A stretch of DNA of 64,000 bases, taken from positions 47,492,001 through 47,556,000 of the forward strand of contig NC_042997.1 of assembly GCF_006345805.1 (NCBI RefSeq). The letters run 5' to 3'. The position numbers were made by a program, and so were the translations under genes. The DNA comes from Octopus sinensis. Its lineage: Eukaryota. Numbering within the stretch: position 1 is the first letter of the stretch; every line of letters begins with the position of its first letter. Under the pieces are notes generated by a model. That model was not told the DNA's origin. It ran no database searches and was given only the letters and a program-made list of their open reading frames with translations. Below, piece by piece: positions 41,533-55,639 of the stretch.

Positions 41533-43740
41533 TTTCAAAACATTATTTGTAAACATGCTCAGAATCAAGAACAAAAAATATGAGGAAAAGCAAACTTCGA
41601 GAAACAAAGAAAAGGAGGTAATATAAAATGTGTACGTGTATAGACATTGAAAACAATCATAATCTACACAGTTCGCAGATTCTCTTTTCTGTTTGTCTAG
41701 TTTTCATGATTTTGTATGGCAAAATTTTTCCATTCAAATATATTTAATCTTTTTGCTGAGTAAAACATATTAAATACAAGATGAAATTTTGTAAAGAAAA
41801 TATATTTGAAAAAGAAAAATAATGTAAGAGAAAAGTTCAAGAATGTGGAAAAGAAATAATATATAATACGTATGTGTGTTTTCTTGCAAAAGTAAGGAGG
41901 TAGAAAATTATGGTAGACCGCGAGGTGTCGTAGAAGCGTTAGGTGTTTTGCATAGATATATAGTTCAAATAGTTTTGTAATTCTCGTGTCTGCGTGTTGT
42001 AGCCCATTCGGGTTGATTTCAGATTATGGTATGGTAATCTACGATGTATCTTCTGAATTATTTCATACAGATGTCTAAATGTCTAAACTGTTTCACTGAA
42101 CTTATAATTTGTTATAAGATGAAGGTATTTCCCTGCAACATGCTACTGGATTATTTTACGCATTTCTCTCATTTCTCGGGCTTTTTGGAAGGTGTTTTTG
42201 AATTTTTTTCTTAATATGAATACGACATATTGTTCTTTATGAGGCAAAAATAGTCGAAGCGAATAAATGACATGGTAGATTTCAGATACAAGTATGTATA
42301 TATGTATATATATATATATGTGTGTGTGTGTATGTGTGTGTGTGTTTGTGTGTGTGTATATATATATATATAGGCATATATATAATATATATATAAAAAG
42401 TTTGTGGGCAAACGAAAGAAAAAGGCACACAACACATTAAGTAGAAGTTACATATATTGTCGGTATTTAAGACAATAGTTTTAAATAAGATATATGTGTG
42501 TGCGCGTGTATGTGTGTGTGTGTATTTGTGTGTGTGTGTGTGTGCATGTGTGAGTGTGTGTGTATGTGTGTGAGTGCGTGTGTGCCGCATCATTTTAGAT
42601 ACTTCTGTCCTCCATATCCGTCACCCTCTGCCATAGCCTTACCGTTTTGCTTCTCCCAGCGATAGATCTTTTCTCACCAATTTCTCACAAAATCCAATCG
42701 TTAGCTTAGTTGATTCCTCTAATTCCACCCTGCCCTTCATTTGTTTCTGCTATAATCTCATCATCTCCAATAGCCCACTATTATCTCTTATTCATCTTTC
42801 ATTCAACAATTTTCCCCTTCTCTCTCCCCCCAACCTACACCCTCTCGCCGTTTTAATTCACATCTTTGCATCATTGTCTTGGTAGCTACTTCTTTTATTC
42901 AATCGCAGCTGCTCTCTTGCTTAAAGCTACAAGACATTTCCAAGTTTTTTAAGCTTTTCTTTCTTAATTGTCGAGGACTAAATGCCATTTATCTTATTAT
43001 TCCCAAATTGCTTCGTTTTGATTTTTTTACACATTGAAATTAGCATTAAGTTGTAAAACGACAAATAGTTATACATTCTTCCCCGATTTCCTGCGTGCCT
43101 TGTCCCCATTTTTCATTTCCTGTCGTAATAATACTGATATCTTCTCTTCCTCTCATATCTATTTTTCCGGAATCCACACTCACCATTGAACAATGTGCAA
43201 TAAACAATACATTCGTATGCTATATACAAATGCATGCACGTTCAGTTTCAAACTCTGGGACAAGTAGGCTTAACACAAGAAGAAATGTATGAATGAGCGG
43301 ATTTTCTTACGCACGCATTAGTATAAAGTTGTGCTCATGTTTCTTTATGTGCATATTTTGTTTGTAATAGATACGAAGCCCTATCTTTAAATCTGAGACA
43401 TAATAATAACAAAATGTAGAAGTATGAAATTGTAACAGGCTCGTGTACGGATAGATAAATATGTTAAACTGTGGCTAAAGTAAATAATGAAAAGTGTCTT
43501 TAGCTATTATCTCGTAGATAAGTACTTCAATGCTTGTAATTTATTCCTTCAGAAATAGAATTGCGATTTTTTAAACGTTAGCATCACAAAGTCTCATACT
43601 TGAGGTCAAGTAAATATTCTCTAATGACATTCCTTTAAAATTATAGAATTCAAAACTTATGCAAATTCTGACAAATGACCCCTTCATCTTATGAGTTTAT
43701 TGCCATGTGCACAGTCAACTCAGTATTTGTGTGATACTGT

Positions 43741-43742
43741 AG

Positions 43743-43774
<32 letters not shown>

Positions 43775-43783
43775 CTTCTTCTT

Positions 43784-43874
<91 letters not shown>

Positions 43875-43950
43875 TATAATTATTGTTATTGTTATTATTA
43901 TTATCATTACTATTATTATTATTATCATCATCATCATTATTATTATTATA
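43741..43950. repeat. (GTT)n(CTT)n(ATT)n compound microsatellite
   Basis: Direct reading. Confidence 0.95.
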
Positions 43951-45714
43951 CCGTTTGAAGATGGGTGATTGTGTGGACGGAATGTCCTATAACGTCTTGC
44001 AAGCCGAAATTTCGAACTCTCTGTCACTTCTCTTTTTTTCGTAAAAGTATAATAAACATGTTCACTACACGGAAATTGTGTTAGGAAACACGTCGCCTCC
44101 AAATGTACGGTCGTGACACCAAACACCCTTACGGTACTATATAAGATCATCGACAATCAAAAAAAAATGTAGATTTCCATGCTCCGTCGTTCTTTTAGCA
44201 ACAATCTGCAGCTTTCCGTCTCCCTAATCGAATACATATTTAAACATATTTAAAGTCGAAAGGGATGAATATATATGTAAAGTAGACACACACACACACA
44301 CTCTTTTTCTCTCTCTCCTATACACACACACATCAATATATATTTATATATATATTATATATCATCCTATGGATGGATAAAATTTGTATGAAAATTGTTG
44401 TAGGAAAAAATCAGTTGAGATGAAACCTGAGTCATACTCTGATGAGTCCAGATCATTTATGTGTTACATGACAATAACACTATACTAAATACATATTTTG
44501 ATCTGTAAAAGAACTCGTGTTGCTGTTCTACAAAAGCTATGGTTTCTTGTAGACCAATTATGTTATCAAACGATAAAAATGGCCTTCATCTATAGAGAAT
44601 GCTGAAAGCATATAATCATGACGGAAGGTTTAGTAGATTAAAATAGAGACAAAATGTATAAAGAGATTAAATGATATAAAATCTGACATGACAACAATAG
44701 CAAGAAAAATGAGCTGGGAGTTATCATTGCCTTATGTAACCAACTATAACTACACATGTAGTAGAACTCCATAAATAATTAGAGACAGGGGTTCTAAACC
44801 GGAAGTAAAAAAAAAACTATAGGGAATAATTGCCAAAAGAACATCTTGGAACCGGTAAACTTGAAAGAATTTTTTTGAGCATGCCACAGTGACAAGGAGG
44901 ATATTATTTTCTTTTGATGCAATTGCATACAAATTTAACGTGTTTTATTTCAAGAAATTCCTATCTTGTTTCCTGCATAATGGGATATCACCAAACGTAC
45001 ACCCGTATGTATGTTTATTTGTATTTTATATATAATAAATAATTTTGCTCGAGTTCCTTAAGATTATAGAAATGCGTATTGCATAACAGCAAGTCGACAG
45101 GAATTTCATTCAATATAATCGACTGCGCACTTGAATGAAGTTACCTATGGCCATTATCCATTTACTGAGAGCAACAGGCGATCAAATGTTTTCATATATT
45201 TTATGGAAAATATAGTAAGCAAGAGAGTCTTCCTGTACTGGAGAAACATGCCAGTGAGCAACCAATTTCTTTTACTGTATGCCTTCTTTTCAAATTGCTT
45301 ATTACTGATTAAACTTTCGGTGATACTAGTTTCAGAAGTTCTGTACCGCATCTAAAACCTGGATGCTTGGTGAGGTTGTAGTGGCAGTTTACAGTCTCTA
45401 ACTTGAAATAACCAGCGATGCTCTCTCCACAAGCAAGGCCTGTCGACCGGCGCACATATAGAAGATCGTTAAATGACAATATCAGAATATACATGAAAAC
45501 ATAAAACAGAAATAAAAGACACATTTTTATTTCGTTGTTTCACTTCCTCAGATAAGAAGGGTATGGCACAACATTTCAACGAGTAGGAAATGGAAAACCA
45601 CCGCAACAATATACAATGAATGATGAGAAGACAACATATTGTTGAGTAATACCACCGAACACAGGCATGAGCTGCAAGATCTTACAAATACATCTACAAG
45701 CACACACACACACG

Positions 45715-45745
<31 letters not shown>

Positions 45746-45756
45746 TATATAGATAT

Positions 45757-45798
<42 letters not shown>

Positions 45799-45809
45799 TA
45801 GATAGATAG

Positions 45810-45873
<64 letters not shown>

Positions 45874-45930
45874 ATATATATATGTACATATATATATAAA
45901 TGTGTATGTAAATATGTATATATATATATA

Positions 45931-45961
<31 letters not shown>

Positions 45962-46022
45962 AATATGTGTATATACATATATAGATATACATATTTACAT
46001 ACACATTGATATATATATGTAC

Positions 46023-46092
<70 letters not shown>
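45715..46092. repeat. Long interrupted (TA)n
   Basis: Direct reading. Confidence 0.95.
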
Positions 46093-46100
<8 letters not shown>

Positions 46101-46606
46101 TTATGAAAATTTTTAAAAGTTGCATGAACATTAATGAAAAGACAAAACAGGTCCATATAAAACCCTACTACAAATATTAATGAGGCTGCAAATCAGGTTA
46201 TGCGATTCGAGTCGCCTCATAAAACCGTAATAAGCAGAATGAAAATATCATAAATATACATCTATAACAATCGATTACATAAAACCTGAGTCCTATAATT
46301 ATTATTCTTTTAGTTCAAAGCAAGACATAGTAATCATCTCTATATGCATATAATCACATACATACATACATACAAACACAGACACAGCGCTACATAATGC
46401 CACATATACACATATAAACACACACACATACGCACTTACTCGCACACATGCACATATACACACACACATATAAGTGAGTGCTAGATATAGCCAATAATCG
46501 ATTAAATTTATTGAATGGTATATCCCATTCAAATGCATGCTCACAAAACATATAAAGTGATACTTCAATATTACTTTGAGAATTCCTTGAATAAATGAAT
46601 ACGTGA

Positions 46607-46646
<40 letters not shown>

Positions 46647-47699
46647 TGTGTGTGTGTGTGTATGTGTGTATTGTTGGCTGATGCCATGTATATATGAACA
46701 AATACACATACCTGAACACAAGTAATAATCGATTAATCCATAAAGCACAACCGAAAGAGGCAAGAGTTTTATGTGATTGTTAGCTACATAAATTAGACCA
46801 ATTGTTTGCTATATAGATGAAAATAAATGGTGAATGGAAATGAATTTGAGCTACATAGAAATCGCCAATCTCTAAGTTCGCTCTTTCCGCTACTGCTGCC
46901 AAATCAAACTCTGTCATTATTTCTTTTCGAATATTATTGATACTAGAATAATATACTTCCAGTTGAACATCAACACAGTTGATTTGAGGTGCGAGGTTTG
47001 AAAGATAAAAATCTTGTCTGCATCTTGATAATTTATCAGAAATGATCGTAATATAATGAAGTGGTGAAAGCACAGATTCGATGAGAATAAATAGTGTAAT
47101 CATATTTATTATTATGTCTGATCACGAAAAAACACTCATATCTTCACCGTTCTTGTGGTTCGTAGTGTTAGTACAAAGTAAGTTTACGTATATCAAAAGC
47201 AAATCATAAAATACATCCTTCTTTTAGGAATTGCTTATTTAGAATTACAGAATGTGTTATATCATTCACAGTCTTATGACTGAATTTTAATATCATATCG
47301 TATAACCCTGGTTGAAGATAAATTCCTCTTCTTAAGTTGTAATCTTGACACAGTATCTGGTTTAACATTACAAATGAATTTAGCATGCATTTAGCGGACT
47401 CCACTCGCATGAATGTAACTAAAACAAGACTTTCTTTTAATCCTTCTATTCATAATGTGAAACCTTAATTGAATGGAATATCGAAATAACTTTTCAATGC
47501 TGTTTAGATCAATCTCAAACATACTTGCCTTCTCTGCCAATCAGACAGAGTTGCCGATTAGTTTCTCCTACTTTGGTTCGTATACTTACGTTTGCTGTAC
47601 GTTTGAGGCTTACAATATTCAGCCATCATAACCATGATAAGAACAGACAGTGCAACTACTGACAAGCTTGTAAATAAAACAGAAACATATAGTCCATAC

Positions 47700-47845
47700 C
47701 TGATAGTCGAAAGAACGGCAAATAATTGATGTTTCCTCCAAACAGTTCCGAGCACATCTGTTAGGAGTAACTCTGTCGTAGGTTTTCTCGTTATTTCCGA
47801 ACACAACAGAATAAGGTGTCGGATAGAAGTATTCGAGGTATTCTT
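47700..47845 (-). CDS. Internal exon (146 nt, phase 1-0) encoding the N-terminal two thirds of a second PAN/Apple domain, same gene
   Basis: Minus strand: gcattccag|AAGAATAC...GACTATCAG|gtatgg. Reads EYLEYFYPTPYSVVFGNNEKTYDRVTPNRCARNCLEETSIICRSFDYQ. Joins the 55640 exon in frame (G+AA = Glu). Confidence 0.85.
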
Positions 47846-49982
47846 CTGGAATGCACCATGAAAATAACAAATTGATTTTAATAAGATAAGATGCAATAAA
47901 ATATTACTTCAGATTACTATTTCATTCATATAAAAACAGTATAGTACGGTTTCATTTCATGCTTTTGCCTAATCTCTTTAATTGTTTTCATTTTCTCTTT
48001 CCAAACGTAAATATTAATATATTCATAAAAGTATTTCGTTTCTCACCTGGAACTACTTGACATCACCTAAGGCATAATGAACGGTCCATTAACTTCTTTT
48101 ATAAAGAGCCAAAACAGTCAACCGAATGAATCTAAATATTTCTCGTATGAATATCATTATCATGAATATCTCGTATTAATATCACACACTTATACTAACT
48201 ATAAAGTAGGTAGTAATTTGAAGAAAGAGTGTAGAGTAACTACATGTTTCCGAACATCAAAGTATGTAAAAGTATCTTGAGATCTTTTTTAGAAGGATTA
48301 GTGGAAAATATATCCTATTGTTTAAGAGCTACGCTATAAAACTTAGGATTAAGCTAATGCAGTTATTTATAAAAGCAGACTGTAGCCTAAAATCGAAATA
48401 ACAATGCTTGGATGGGACAGCATTTATAAGAATTTTTTAAAGCCCTAAGTCAGTACAAAAGGACAGTAACTATGGCATTTGCTGTGGCCTCCGAGAATGG
48501 TAGCAAGAATACCGGAAATTATCTCAGAGACCAATACCTGGGTCGAGATCTTGTCACACATCAAACTGCAGTGAAGTCCCCGACAATCAATTGGTCTCTC
48601 TCCCACAAAGAGAAACGACGCTTCCAGCAGACTTCTTCGCTGGTTCTATCAAGCAAATTTTACTCAAATAATTCTTTATTCAAAAGCTATAGTAAAAAAC
48701 AAAACACTGGAATCAAACTAGAAACCAGGTAGTTGTAAATGGAAGTTTCTTCTACAGAGTTACCTGGCGCAATGAAGTAATATATTACTTTTAAATGTTA
48801 CTTTTAAATATGATGGCATATTTAGATTAGTAGAAATTGGTTATTTGATACAAATACATTACTAGCTCTTATTTAATGAAAGCTGAAGCATGAAACCAAG
48901 GTGGGCAGGATTAGTACTTAGAAGGTAATGCAGTATTAACACTCACCTAGACACTGCGAAACATTCATTCTTTTATGAATCAAAAACTGTGGCCATAGTA
49001 CAGTTTATGCTAATATAATATTTAGTTACACTAAAATAGAAATAAGTTTTTGCTTAAACAGCATGCAAGCTATGCTCACCGTCAAAGGAATATGAGTGGT
49101 TGACAGTGGAGGAAATTAGTTTTCCGTTATGATAATGTTTCAGCTGCACAGACAACTAAATAAAGAATATGTCTCTAAATGTTTTTTTATTACACCTTAG
49201 GGAGATGGATTGAAATAAATTGTCTACATAATTGATAAATTTCCTGTATATTTCAAATAGCTATTCATTTCTAGCTATCTCAGAATTATAGCACTGCTGT
49301 ACTGGCAGGCATCGAGAGCATGTAGTAATATCACTAGAAAGTTATGAAAACTATTTAAAACTGAGTAACAAATGCTGTATTAAAAGCTTTTAAAATCTGT
49401 TTTTTTTTTCTTTTTGTTTCAGAAATAAACTAGTTTATGAAAATGAAATTTATTCTAAATTTTCACAACTTTTCAAATTGTTTGCTTTTCTCTCTTAGGT
49501 AAATTGTTATCACATTTTTGTAAAATGCCGTTTAGTAAAATATTTGTATATGTAAACACACACTCATATGTGTGTGTGTAAAAAAGAGTCTGTATACATG
49601 TGGCTGGGAAGAGATACACACAGAGAGCAAACGAGAGAGGGTTTGTGCCTATGTGTATAATTTAATTTTAAGGGAATCTTCAGATGCTTTATAATTTTAA
49701 GGTTTCTTTTCGTTTAAACTTTATTATTACTTCATGCAGTCCAAAAACAACAAATGAATAAAAAACAGAAAAGGAAGACTAAAATAAACTACGAATTATT
49801 TTCAGAGACTACTAATTATCTTCCAGACTACCTGAGTTATTGTTGCCAATTGAATCATTTCTCTAAATTATCAACAAAACCATTTTGATGTCTCAAGCTG
49901 CAGCGATATTTGAATCGACAGAATGTCTCATTTTTGATAATTTGCGTATTTTTATCAGCCACCAAAGTTACCACCAGCATCC

Positions 49983-50045
<63 letters not shown>

Positions 50046-51306
50046 TACTACTACTACTACTACTACCGCTGCTCTATCTTTTCGCTGGTAAATTTTATAA
50101 TTCATAATTTGCTTTTTATGAAAATGTTTCTCTATGTGGATTTTGTTTTTTTTTTACATATAATTTCAATTGTTGATATTAGTGCTGCAGTTGTATGAAA
50201 ATGCTGCAACAGCTCGTCCTATCATTATTAATATGTTTCTTATTGGTATTGTTATTGTCTATGATGTTATTCTGTATCATGATCATCGTCATCATTATAA
50301 TTTCACCTCCTTATTGCTAAGATCTTAATAATAATTGTTTTTCAGACAATCATGAAATCATATTTTTATAAAATTAATTTCTAATAGTAATCTCATTTGT
50401 TATTTTCCGCCTAATTGTTTTCGTAACAAAAACATTTAATATATTCATCAATATAATAAAACAAAAACATGAAATATAAATGTGACAGCTGACATGATAT
50501 GAGCATCAGAATGTTTTTTTTTTTTTATAAAAAAGAACTATTTGTTCTACAAATATAATAAGTGGTCTTTTCATAAGAGCAATCGTTACTTTTAGAAATT
50601 TTTGTTGGATCTGCATAATCAACGATGCACGAATGATAAATAAATAAATAATAATTACAAGGAAAGAAAGAAGGGCGGGAAATTGAAACACTAAATGAAT
50701 GAATGAATTAATGAATGGAAGGCAGATAATAATTATAAAATAAAATTAGGAAAACGAAAAACAACGGGAGAAGTCCAGTAAACTGTGATATTGATCTTAC
50801 ATAATGATACGTTAGAGAATACTGCCGGGAACAATGCTATGCAACTATCAATTAATGTGTTTTCAATAGATTTCTAGTGCGTATCAGGGAGAGATAAAAT
50901 CAAAGTGTGCGGACGTTCAGAAATGCTTAATGTAAGAACACATGTAGGATTGTATGTTTATATCTATATATACAAATGGGTGTAAACAAGTATTTGGAAA
51001 TATAAAAATTCCTGCACAAGTTGGAATTTATATATATATATATATTAATGCTTATTTTTCCATAAAGTTATCAAAACAATTTTGTTTAAAACTGAAGGAT
51101 CACTCAATATTGTTTAGTAAAACGGATATTTATTCATTTTACAAGGGAAATATTGAAAGCAACTTCAGACTTTCAGCATACAAGACGTCGTTAGCCTTAT
51201 GTGGTTATAGGAACATATACACACATGCATACGTTCATACATACATACGTACGTATATATATATATATATATATATATATGTGCGTGTGTGTGTATGTAT
51301 GTATAT

Positions 51307-51707
51307 ACTCTTTTACTTGTTTCAGTCATTTGACTGCGGCCATGCTGGAGCACCGCCTTTAATCGAGCAACTCGACCCCGGGACTTATTCTTTTGTAAGC
51401 CCAGTACTTATTCTATCGGTCTCTTTTGCCGAACCGCTAAGTAACGGGGACATAAACACACCAGCATCGGTTGTCAAGCAATGCTAGGGGACAAACAGAC
51501 ACACAAAGACACACACGCATATATATATATATATATATATACATATATACGACGGGCTTCTTTCAGTTTCCGTCTACCAAATCCACTCACTAGGCTTTAG
51601 TCGGCCCGAGGCAATAGTAGAAGACACTTGTCCAAGGTGCCACGCAATGGGACTGTACCCGGAACCATGTGGTTGGTAGACAAGCTACTTACCACCCAGC
51701 CACTCCT
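51307..51707 (-). mobile_element. SINE family B, full length
   Basis: Reverse complement of the 56007 copy. Confidence 0.85.
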
Positions 51708-52288
51708 ATATATTTTTTTTCATTTTATTTTATCTAGTTTCAGCTCACGAGCTGTGGCCATGCTGGGACAATATTAAAGAACACATTAAAGTGTCTACTC
51801 ACGATAAATAACATTTAAAATTCTCGTTTGGGCCACCAAAAATATATACATTGAAAATAACAGATTCAACAGTACACGGCCGAGCGAAACGAAAAAAATC
51901 CCTCACATAGCTTATGTAGCATAAAACTATATATTTAACGGACCAGGTGTATATGTGAACCGGTTTCTGCCTTAATACAGTGATCTTAACATGTTTAGCA
52001 CATCTTAACACTTTGAACCATCTATATATACGTATATATCTTCCATGTATATGTATATATAGCGATAATTCAGAAAGTGACGGGCTTATGTTACAGGCCT
52101 GCGAAACTTTAAGATGCTTGGACCCGAATCAAACTGTTTGATGTAATACATGTAACTCCCACTAAAAGTATTGAGTGCGCTTTTCTTTCATTTGTCTTTT
52201 CATTCGTGTGTGTGTGTGTGTATATATATTATATATATATATATACATACACCCACATACACACATATATATATACACATATATTAAT

Positions 52289-52366
<78 letters not shown>

Positions 52367-52369
<3 letters not shown>

Positions 52370-53483
52370 AAGTAGTTGAATGAATTATCCTAGTATGGAT
52401 AATTCGGTTAACCGATACCCGGGTAGCAAATTCACGTCAGAAAAACACGGTTGAAGCTACATGCCCAGGGCAGAGATCACGTGCTTTCGTGTTAAAAAAT
52501 TAAATTGAAAATGTCGACACTATAAAGAGTCGTTGGTAGCTACCGCTCTCCGTCCTTTTTTCTTTCTTTCTTCTTCCCTTAATCATCAATACAACTTTCG
52601 AGTCCCGTAGACTGAAACAAAGAAATTCTACCTATATTTTTATGAGATATCTTTTGAATCACAGTTTTTGGGATTTTTTTTTCTTAAAGGGGGAAATTAC
52701 TATTTTATTTAAAATAAAATATTAATCTTTACCACCTTGCCCAAAAGCGACAAAAATAGACAGAGACTATCTCTTTATAGACGATTAGTTGGAATGGGAG
52801 GGATTGCATCTCATAAGAATAGAAAAACAACCAATAACAAATGGGTTGTACCTAATAATAAAACATTTTTAAGAGCATTCATATTCCACTGCAACGTTGA
52901 AATCATTTGCCTCAGTCAGGTCAATTAAGTACGTCATCAAGTACTCTCTGAAAGGAAAGGACTAAGCTGCTGTTCAAATAAACAATGATAACGAAATTAA
53001 TCTATATCTAATGGGTAAGTATATTGGACCACCCGAAGCAGTTCCATCCATTTTAGGATTTTCAATACATGAATGAGCAACCGCAATAGTGACACAGCAA
53101 CTTCATCTACCAGATGAACAATAATATTATAATGAGTATATATGGTTGTCAATGAATTTCATATGAGAACAACTGTTTTCGTTGTGCATCAATGATGACT
53201 TTTGCACAACATGACTTTATGCTGAAGTAACCATGTATTTCATTTAGAACAGCAGTAACAAAGAATGGCAGAAGAGAATGCAATGTTGGAGGCCGTTTGA
53301 ACGTTTTCGAAGAAGAAACACTTAGTCGTGTTTCTGTTGCCACACCAAAGATAGGAGAAGTCTATTATTTAAGAATTTTATTGTATGAAGTGCGACATAG
53401 TATTTTTTTTTCTTTTCCGCCGCGCATCAATGTTTTTAACTTGGAGCGCTTCTGGCCAACCGGGTCCCAGCAGGTACATCTAG
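52367..53483 (+). mobile_element. Internally deleted Helitron with RepHel relic, inserted in (TA)n
   Basis: 5' TC after (TA)n. YRR..NNKWVVPNN..HCNVEI, SIKYVIKYSLKGKD (Rep motif 3), NEI..YL.GKYIGPPEA, LHLPDEQ, GEVYYLRILL. 3' GC-rich stem (ctgg..ccag) then CTAG at 53480-53483. Confidence 0.85.
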
Positions 53484-53484
53484 C

Positions 53485-53516
<32 letters not shown>

Positions 53517-54209
53517 TATTATATATATACGTTTAAATACGTTTATTGGCTAAACTGGCAATATGACCATTCCGAAATATAACAATATATATATATAGTA
53601 GGCATAATTACGGAGAGCGAAACCTTTTTTTGCACTTGTGTTAATGTTTCGCTGATTAACACAACTACACATGCGCACACATATGTGTGTGTGTATAATT
53701 ATATATGTATGTCTGTGTACGTTATGTAAGATGTAAGACGGCCTATTAGTTAGTGAATTGCACTCACGAATGTCAAACCGTGGTTTCGATTCTCCAACTG
53801 AGCGTCATTGTGCTCTTCAGCATAGAACATCTCAGTTTTACTGCTAGCATTTCCATATCTAGCGTATGGCGCAATCCACAACTTTACAGACAGTATCGAT
53901 TTGATGGAAAGAGTGACGTAATATACAGCTCAAGATTTCAATTGCCACGAGCAAAAAATCTGCGCAGGTTGTTTATCGAGAAATAGCAGAATGCTCTTCT
54001 TCTGTCTAATACAAGAGAGGCCGCGGTATATATACATGTATATAAATTCATAGATGCAATCACACAAGCAACGTACCGCACTAACCCACAGACACATACA
54101 AACACACACACTATATATATATATAAATGAATAGATATGTATATATAGTTGTATATATCTATCTATCTACATATATATATATATATATGTGTATGTATAT
54201 ATGTATATT

Positions 54210-54249
<40 letters not shown>

Positions 54250-54282
54250 TATATATATGTATGTGTGTGTGTGTGTGTCTAT

Positions 54283-54483
54283 TCTTTTATTCTTTTACAT
54301 GTTCCAGGCGTTTGGCTGCGGCGACGCCTTTAGACGAAAGACTCGACCTTAGGATTTATTCTTTGTAAGCTTAGTAATTATTCTATCGGTTTCTTAGGCC
54401 GAACCGCTAGGCTACGAGGACGCAAACACATCAACATCCACGTCAAGCGATGCCGGAGGGACAAATACACACACACACACACT

Positions 54484-54541
<58 letters not shown>

Positions 54542-54738
54542 TATATGTTTGTGTGCCTGTGTTTGTACCCCCACCATCGCTTGACGACCGTTGTTGGTGC
54601 GTTTACATCCCCATAACATAGCAGTAGGATGAGTACTAGGCTTAAAAGACTAAGTAGTCCCGAGTTTAGTTTCTTCGACTTAAGGCGGTGCTCCAGCATG
54701 CCGCAGTCAAATAACTGAAACAAGTAAAAGAATAAAAG
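54283..54738. mobile_element. Two SINE family B 3' halves in inverted orientation around a (CA)n
   Basis: 54283-54470 matches the family B 3' half on minus; 54555-54738 matches it on plus. Confidence 0.75.
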
Positions 54739-55059
54739 AATATATATATAATTATATATACTAAAGTGTATTGAAACTCGTTCATCTCCAAATGTAAATT
54801 ATAATTTTATACAGTATATCATAATGATCTGAGTAGTCGGTGCAGCAGGAACACGTGTAGGTCAATATAATATACATTATAAAATTATAAGTTTTGTGAA
54901 TGAACAATTCTCCATACTTCACCCAAGTGTACACGGAATTACCTATCGGAAGAATTCATTGAATGACTAGCAATCAATAGTAGTCAAAGAGATTAAATAC
55001 TAATGGATGTTAACCGTTAACTGAAACTTAACTGAGAGCCAATAAGGTATATCCTTCCA

Positions 55060-55532
55060 AGGATGGAAGGCAAAGTCGGCCTCGGCGGTATTTGAATTAC
55101 GAACATGAAGACAAAAAATACCTATTTCTTTACTACCCACAAGGGGCTAAACAGAGAGGACAAACAAGGACAGACACACGGATTAAGTCGATTATATCGA
55201 CCCCAGTGCGTAACTGGTATTTATTTAACCGACCCCGAAAGGATGAAAGGCGACCTCGGCGGAATTTGAATTCAGAACGTAACGGCAGACGAAATACCTA
55301 TTTCTTTACTACCCACAAGTGGCTAAACAGAGAGGACAAACAAGGACAGACAAACGGATTAAGTCGATTATATCGACTCCAGTGCGTAACTGGTACTTAA
55401 TTTATCGACCCTGAAAGGATGAAAAGCAAAGTCGACCCCAGTTCAAAGTTGAACTCAGAACGTAGCGGCAGACGAAATACCGCTAAGCATTTCGGCCGAC
55501 GAGCTAGCGTTTCTGCCAGTTCGCCGCCTTAT
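55060..55532 (-). repeat. Family M SINE expanded into a 176-bp tandem unit (two full copies plus partial)
   Basis: cctatttctttactacccacaag at 55121 and 55297. Confidence 0.8.
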
Positions 55533-55639
55533 GATGATTGTGATAATAATGATAATAGTAACAACATCAACAACAACAGCAATTGATAATCTTTCCTGAC
55601 ATTTATAATGTTACGCATAACTGATGCCAATTAACTTAC

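Noticed and set aside
44417-44450. Hammerhead-like words gaaac..gtc..ctgatgag (also ctgaaga at 8971)
   Set aside because: Stems I and II cannot form with the neighbouring sequence and no downstream GAAA is present.
46780-47410. ORFs downstream of the second PAN exon as the missing domain half
   Set aside because: No phase-0 acceptor followed by x4-C-x-L/M-S and a terminal YE motif.
47558-47699. Hydrophobic stretch and gtaagt donor just after the second PAN exon
   Set aside because: Different frame; would need an intron of about 33-41 nt; the in-frame reading stops after 22 codons.
48500-48660. Possible LINE APE relic (LIVGDF on minus)
   Set aside because: One motif only.
49483-49505. Recursive-splice-like ctcttAG|GTaaat on plus (similar at 12 and 24452)
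   Set aside because: Antisense to the only supported gene; no plus-strand transcript established.
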